The position numbers were made by a program, and so were the translations under genes. Positions 59,529 to 64,000 of a stretch of DNA of 64,000 bases are shown here, piece after piece; the stretch's first letter is position 1, and each line of letters begins with the position of its first letter. The notes beneath the pieces were generated by a model. It saw only the letters and a program-made list of their open reading frames with translations, was not told where the DNA came from and did no database searches. The DNA comes from Spirochaetales bacterium (lineage in GTDB: Bacteria; Spirochaetota; Spirochaetia; SZUA-6; JAFGRV01), in contig JAFGQK010000175.1 of the NCBI GenBank assembly GCA_016935735.1, forward strand, positions 2,699-66,698, given 5' to 3'.

Positions 59529-62150
59529 TTGCAGAGTATGGATAAAAAAGATGAAGCAAGACGCAAGGTATTTCAGACCAGATGGTTCGGATTTATCATA
59601 GGCTTTGCTATCTTCCTGATATTTATCTGGCTTAGCTATGGGATAGGATTGATACATAACATTGAACGCCTGTTTCTGGATTTGAATTTTAATTTACGGA
59701 CAGATATCATCCTGAGCCAATACAGGGAAAGAACAATACAGGAAGGGGTAACGTCAAGTAAACCGAGTGAAAAAGCATCACCGGATATTATTCTGATAGG
59801 AATAGATAACCTGAGTCTTGATGAATACGGCAAATGGCCGTTTCCCCGGTCAATACATGCAAACCTTATTAATACATTTACCAGAATAAAAGACCAGAAT
59901 AAAAGGGAGCGGGCATTATTTTTAGATATGAACTTTATTGAACGTGATATGAAAACCCCGGTCAATGATGTCCTTCTTGTGGAAAGCATTAAAGAAAACG
60001 GGCGGGTTTTTCTTGAAGCCTTTTTTAGTTCCAATGTATATACACCAGATATTGCCAGGCAGAATCTGGAGCGGCTCAAGCTTTTTATGGATAAGTTCGG
60101 GACCATTCTTTATAATCAGGTACAGGGTGATTGGAAAAAACTCATTAACTGGAGATCAGTGGAATGCCCGCTTAAACCATATATCAATCAGGTACATGGC
60201 TATGGAAATGTCACCTTTATCCAGGATCCCGATCAGGTATTCCGGCGCCAGCCACTGGTATCGAGATTCACCGAGGAAATAGCAGAAATCAGATTACAGG
60301 ATCTTTCAATTGATGAATCGCTTGATCTTGATAACTTTGAGTATCTTGCATGGGAAGATAAATTAGGGAGAAGATATGAGATCCAATATCCTCTTACCGG
60401 GGCAATTATTGGAAAAGTCCGGGTTCAGATGAAAGCGAAAGCTCCCCCAAAAGAAGAGGATGTGGACGGGGATGGTAAACTCGATACAACCTATATCGTG
60501 AGGAAGTACAGGGATTATCTGATTCCTTCCATAACAATAAGCCTTGTCCTGGAATACTTTCATAGGAGCCTGTCCGATATTGAGGTCATCCTGGGAAAGC
60601 ATATTCGTATTCCTTCACCGGAAAAATATAATCCGGAAACAGATACCTGGGAAAAGGTCATTGATGAATATGCCACATACAAATACCCGAAGGTTTTTGA
60701 GATTGATGATTTTGAAAATAATATATTGAGTAAAGCGGCCGGTGATTCCAGGAGTCTGCTATCTGATGGTTTTATAAAAAACCCCCTGTTTAACAAATAT
60801 ATTTTAGCTGACAATCTTGATAAAGCAAGTTTAGCAAAAGTCGGAAAAGCCCTGGTCAGCACAGGATACCAGGGAATTACCCTTATTCATAAAGAAAAGT
60901 ATATGGAAGAAATTCTTATTCCTATCGATGAAAACGGAAGAATGCTGGTAAACTACGCGGGAAAGCCTTCATCAACTGCTTTAGGTGCACATCAAACATT
61001 TCAAATAAGACCATATAACAGATTTACCAGGGACCCCGGATCGGATCCTGAAAACTGGTCCAGAAACGATAGAAATGCAAATAAAATTTTTATTGTCGGT
61101 ATGTTTGCAACGGGCCTTGGAGACGAAAAACCAACCCCATACGGAATTATGTACGGACCCGAGGTAAATGCAAATGCTATCAATACAATTATCATGGATG
61201 ATTTTCTGATTAATGCTTCCTGGCAGGTGAATATTCTTATTCTTTTTGTTATTATCCTGTTTGTCAGTTTTCTTGCATCAAGACTGCCTACACTGATATC
61301 CCTGCTTATTTCACTCTCTTTTCTTTTTATCTATTTCATTTCCTGCCTTATTATTTTTGATGTAGGAAACTATATAATCACCATCTCTGCCCCTGTTATT
61401 GCCGGGATTCTCACCTATATTTCAATTGTTACCTACAGGGTGATGACCGAGGAAAAGGATAAGAAAAGAATAAAAAGCATGTTCGGGAAATATGTAAGTC
61501 CCACCGTTGTTGATAACCTTCTTGAGCATCCCCCGGAACTCGGTGGTGTTGATAAGGAACTTACCGTTCTTTTTTCCGATATCAGGGGATTCACCACACT
61601 TTCTGAACGAATGTCACCCCAGGCCCTGGTAAATCATCTGAACACCTACCTTACTGTAATGACAGATATTCTTCTGGAATACCGGGGAACCCTGGATAAA
61701 TATGTAGGGGATGAAATCATGTGTTTCTGGGGTGCACCTCTTCCTGAGCCGGATCATGCGCTTTTAGCCTGTAAGTGTGCATTAAAGCAGATGGAAGGAT
61801 TGAGAAAATTGAATGAAAGCTGGTCCGAAGAAAAAAGATTCGATATAGGGATCGGGATTAACTCCGGGATCATGACAGTCGGGAATATGGGTTCCCAGGG
61901 AAGAATGAATTATACCCTGATGGGGGATAATGTAAACCTCGGGGCAAGACTGGAAGGGACGAATAAACAATATTTAACGAATATTATTTTAAGTGAATAT
62001 ACCTATGGTCTTGTAAAAGATCAGGTCATTGTAAGAGAACTGGATAATATCAGGGTAAAGGGAAAGAATAAACCGGTCCTTATCTATGAGCTTGTTGATA
62101 TGGTTGATACCTACGAACTCTCTCCGGAGGATAAGAAAGCAAAAAAATGA
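59529..62150 (+). CDS. CHASE2 sensor domain / class III adenylate (or guanylate) cyclase
   Basis: It has an N-terminal TM helix, a large extracytoplasmic CHASE2-like region and a TM bundle. The C-terminal CYCc is 'LTVLFSDIRGFTTLSE...DKYVGDEIMCFWGAP...GINSGIMTVGNMGS'. Confidence 0.8.
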   Translation: MQSMDKKDEARRKVFQTRWFGFIIGFAIFLIFIWLSYGIGLIHNIERLFLDLNFNLRTDIILSQYRERTIQEGVTSSKPSEKASPDIILIGIDNLSLDEYGKWPFPRSIHANLINTFTRIKDQNKRERALFLDMNFIERDMKTPVNDVLLVESIKENGRVFLEAFFSSNVYTPDIARQNLERLKLFMDKFGTILYNQVQGDWKKLINWRSVECPLKPYINQVHGYGNVTFIQDPDQVFRRQPLVSRFTEEIAEIRLQDLSIDESLDLDNFEYLAWEDKLGRRYEIQYPLTGAIIGKVRVQMKAKAPPKEEDVDGDGKLDTTYIVRKYRDYLIPSITISLVLEYFHRSLSDIEVILGKHIRIPSPEKYNPETDTWEKVIDEYATYKYPKVFEIDDFENNILSKAAGDSRSLLSDGFIKNPLFNKYILADNLDKASLAKVGKALVSTGYQGITLIHKEKYMEEILIPIDENGRMLVNYAGKPSSTALGAHQTFQIRPYNRFTRDPGSDPENWSRNDRNANKIFIVGMFATGLGDEKPTPYGIMYGPEVNANAINTIIMDDFLINASWQVNILILFVIILFVSFLASRLPTLISLLISLSFLFIYFISCLIIFDVGNYIITISAPVIAGILTYISIVTYRVMTEEKDKKRIKSMFGKYVSPTVVDNLLEHPPELGGVDKELTVLFSDIRGFTTLSERMSPQALVNHLNTYLTVMTDILLEYRGTLDKYVGDEIMCFWGAPLPEPDHALLACKCALKQMEGLRKLNESWSEEKRFDIGIGINSGIMTVGNMGSQGRMNYTLMGDNVNLGARLEGTNKQYLTNIILSEYTYGLVKDQVIVRELDNIRVKGKNKPVLIYELVDMVDTYELSPEDKKAKK

Positions 62151-62848
62151 AGTGGATTTCGTTTATTTTTTGTTTGTTTATTCTCATCGTAATATCGTGC
62201 GGAATAGATGAGATTCCCGTTCTCTCCAGACCTCAATTTAAAACGAACAACGAGATAGATGATTATTTTGAGTTCAAAGCAACGGAAGACAATGATGAAG
62301 ATGAATTCAGGGGTTTTGAAGTATACTACAAATTCTTTTCTGCAGATGCCGAGGGTGAAAGTGCGGCAAATTATCAATCCAACTATACTTCTGTTAGTGA
62401 AGTGGAAGCAGCCGGTTTCAGGCGTATTACGTATTATATTGATAGTGATGATTGCGATAAGCCGACACGTATACTCAAACCGCTTATAAAAGTTCCTCTT
62501 GGCATGAGAGGGACTGCAACAACTCTTACTATTAATTTCGGAGAGGCAATAGGGAAGGGACCTACTTATTCAATTTCTTCGGATGAAGAGGATTATATTT
62601 CTATCTCTGCGTTACCGATTCGTCGCGGGATAGAGGATACCGAAAACCAGGGATATTATAAAGGTTTTGATACATACAAAAAAACAGATATTGATGTGTA
62701 TGGTCTTGGCAGTATAGATCCGGCGAAAAAGGTCAATATTCTTGTATATGTTCTTAGCTACGGAATATATAATTTATCAGAGCAGATTTACAGTGATGCC
62801 CTCTGTCTTGGATATATCGAATTACAGGATTTAAATTTAGAAGAATAG
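62147..62848 (+). CDS. Lipoprotein of unknown function
   Basis: The lipobox is 'VISCG'. Its start overlaps the cyclase stop (ATGA). Confidence 0.45.
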   Translation: MKWISFIFCLFILIVISCGIDEIPVLSRPQFKTNNEIDDYFEFKATEDNDEDEFRGFEVYYKFFSADAEGESAANYQSNYTSVSEVEAAGFRRITYYIDSDDCDKPTRILKPLIKVPLGMRGTATTLTINFGEAIGKGPTYSISSDEEDYISISALPIRRGIEDTENQGYYKGFDTYKKTDIDVYGLGSIDPAKKVNILVYVLSYGIYNLSEQIYSDALCLGYIELQDLNLEE

Positions 62849-62856
62849 GTAAGATT

Positions 62857-63132
62857 ATGTGGTTTTTATTGAATATCGGATTAACATATCTGGTTATAGG
62901 ATTTGCATCGGCATTGATTATTTATTATCTTTTTAAACGGCAGGTACCGGGGAATTTTATTGGAGCCCTTATTGTCGGGCTTATCGGATCTTTCCTTGGC
63001 GGACTGTTGTATCATGCATTTCCTCATATTTTCAATTTCCTGACAGACATCAATGATGTGAATGTCTATGCAGCTTTTTTCTTTTCTTTTATTCTTATCT
63101 GGATATTTTCAAAATTAAGCTCGCATAAATAG
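62857..63132 (+). CDS. GlsB/YeaQ/YmgE-family small membrane protein
   Basis: The glycine-rich TM pattern 'GFASALIIYYLF...FIGALIVGLIGSFLGGLLYHAF' is typical of the family. Confidence 0.5.
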   Translation: MWFLLNIGLTYLVIGFASALIIYYLFKRQVPGNFIGALIVGLIGSFLGGLLYHAFPHIFNFLTDINDVNVYAAFFFSFILIWIFSKLSSHK

Positions 63133-63280
63133 GGGAGTTTATTTAAAAGCTTGTTTAAAGGGTATTTCTCAAAGTATTTATAAAAAATATTTATAATTCG
63201 AGGTACAAAATTTTTCATTCAAAGAACTTCCGATAATATATATTCTGTCTACTTCCATTTGTATTAAAATTTAAACAATA

Positions 63281-63312
63281 AAAAAGGGATCCCTTTACGG
63301 ATCCCTTTCTCT
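63281..63312. terminator. Bidirectional terminator (AAAAAGGGATCCC-TTTAC-GGATCCCTTT)
   Basis: A palindromic GGATCC-containing stem flanked by A-runs and T-runs, between convergent genes. Confidence 0.55.
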
Positions 63313-63328
63313 TATCATAATAGTCAGA

Positions 63329-64000
63329 CTATATTTCTTTTAATGAATCACCGCCACTTTTCTTTTTACCACCTCCGGATTTAGTACTCTTTGTTTTTGT
63401 TACCATATCTGTGTCCTGTGACGAGATCATACTTAAGTACTCAGATTCCTTTGATTCCTCGGCTTCAGCTCCTGCAAACGATTGTGCGATATCCTCGCGT
63501 ACCGTAGATCTTCTTCTGGAGAATGATGCAAAAGCAGCATCCTGGAAACCCTTTGATACACCATGAAGGAACTCATTCAACACATTTGCCATACCATCGA
63601 GCGTGGCTTTTTTCTTCTTGATTGATGTAATGTCAACATCAAGAAGAAGACCGGGCTGTACATGATACGGATTTATTTTGTAGTCAAACAGCTGGAATTC
63701 GCTGTCAAGGAAGGTCAGTCTTTCTTCCATTACCCTCCTCTTTTTCGGGTATCCGAATCCATACATACTGGAAAGTTTATCTCTCATAAGAATGAGTCTC
63801 TTCTTCATTTTACTTTTCTCGAAAATATAGGTTCTGTTCATTCTCTCTACATCCGTATCCGAGGGTTTAATAAAAGTAACCTCGTCCCACATTTTATCGA
63901 TATCTTCATAAAGAGGATCACCGGTTTTTGCTTTAATCCTGTTCCTTATTTTATTCTTTTTACCCTTTGCAAGATCACTGAAATCCACAACACCTTTAAA
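63329..64000 (-). CDS. CfpA-like paralog, C-terminal part (gene continues beyond the window end)
   Basis: The minus-strand frame is open to position 64000. The translation '...[41 protein letters not shown]...[64 protein letters not shown]' is ~80 % identical to residues ~430-640 of the 669-aa protein at 23863-25872. Confidence 0.55.
   Translation of the reverse strand, partial: FKGVVDFSDLAKGKKNKIRNRIKAKTGDPLYEDIDKMWDEVTFIKPSDTDVERMNRTYIFEKSKMKKRLILMRDKLSSMYGFGYPKKRRVMEERLTFLDSEFQLFDYKINPYHVQPGLLLDVDITSIKKKKATLDGMANVLNEFLHGVSKGFQDAAFASFSRRRSTVREDIAQSFAGAEAEESKESEYLSMISSQDTDMVTKTKSTKSGGGKKKSGGDSLKEI

Noticed and set aside
1-64000. CRISPR arrays, tandem-repeat loci, or known defence-system gene sets (RT, cGAS/DncV-like nucleotidyltransferases, SMC-like Wadjet, restriction-modification)
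   Set aside because: Scanning the intergenic regions by eye showed no regularly spaced direct repeats. No ORF has restriction, methyltransferase (DNA), reverse-transcriptase or CD-NTase signatures. The only nucleotide cyclase is a CHASE2 class III signalling cyclase.

Overview
This is a low-GC window of about 64 kb that looks like a Treponema-type spirochaete chromosome, nearly gap-free, with about 55 protein genes and one tRNA. Two lines of evidence point to Treponema. First, a spirochaete FlaA-like flagellar sheath gene is present. Second, the gene order vWA protein, CfpA-like cytoplasmic filament protein, conserved hypothetical, pyruvate phosphate dikinase matches what I recall of the T. 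pallidum cfpA/ppdK neighbourhood (my recollection of locus-tag numbering, roughly TP0746 to TP0750, not a database result).

Housekeeping content is conventional. It includes recA, rpsA, xseA/xseB, scpA/scpB, rluB-like, folK, miaB, prs, rpe, purB, guaA, an IMPDH-family gene, a LysR regulator, nikR, nrnA, ppdK, a tRNA-Met(CAT), and several rho-independent terminators.

The accessory and unusual content, in window order:
- A sugar or peptide-modification island at 1.6 to 8.1 kb, just upstream of an amidase, a small membrane protein and the flaA-like gene. It encodes a SPASM/twitch radical-SAM enzyme with a long N-terminal extension, a GT2-like protein, a cytidylyltransferase, a PseG-like protein fused to a SAM methyltransferase, and an ATP-grasp protein.
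- A 24-codon ORF plus a perfect 11-bp hairpin lies 300 bp upstream of the radical-SAM gene.
- A sensor pair made of a 7TM histidine-kinase-like protein and a PAS-PP2C-TPR phosphatase.
- A CfpA-like gene plus a second, inverted, roughly 85 to 90 % identical partial CfpA paralog cut by the window end, about 38 kb away.
- A tyrosine-recombinase homolog in which the catalytic Arg-I, His-II and Tyr appear substituted.
- A GH9 endoglucanase with a C-terminal duplicated type-I dockerin and locally elevated GC, a possible horizontal acquisition.
- A sigma-54 activator next to a CHASE2 adenylate cyclase.

I found no CRISPR array, no recognisable defence island and no prophage. The best candidates for something new are the radical-SAM / ATP-grasp / PseG-methyltransferase island with its upstream peptide-like ORF, the duplicated inverted cfpA-like genes, and the degenerate recombinase.
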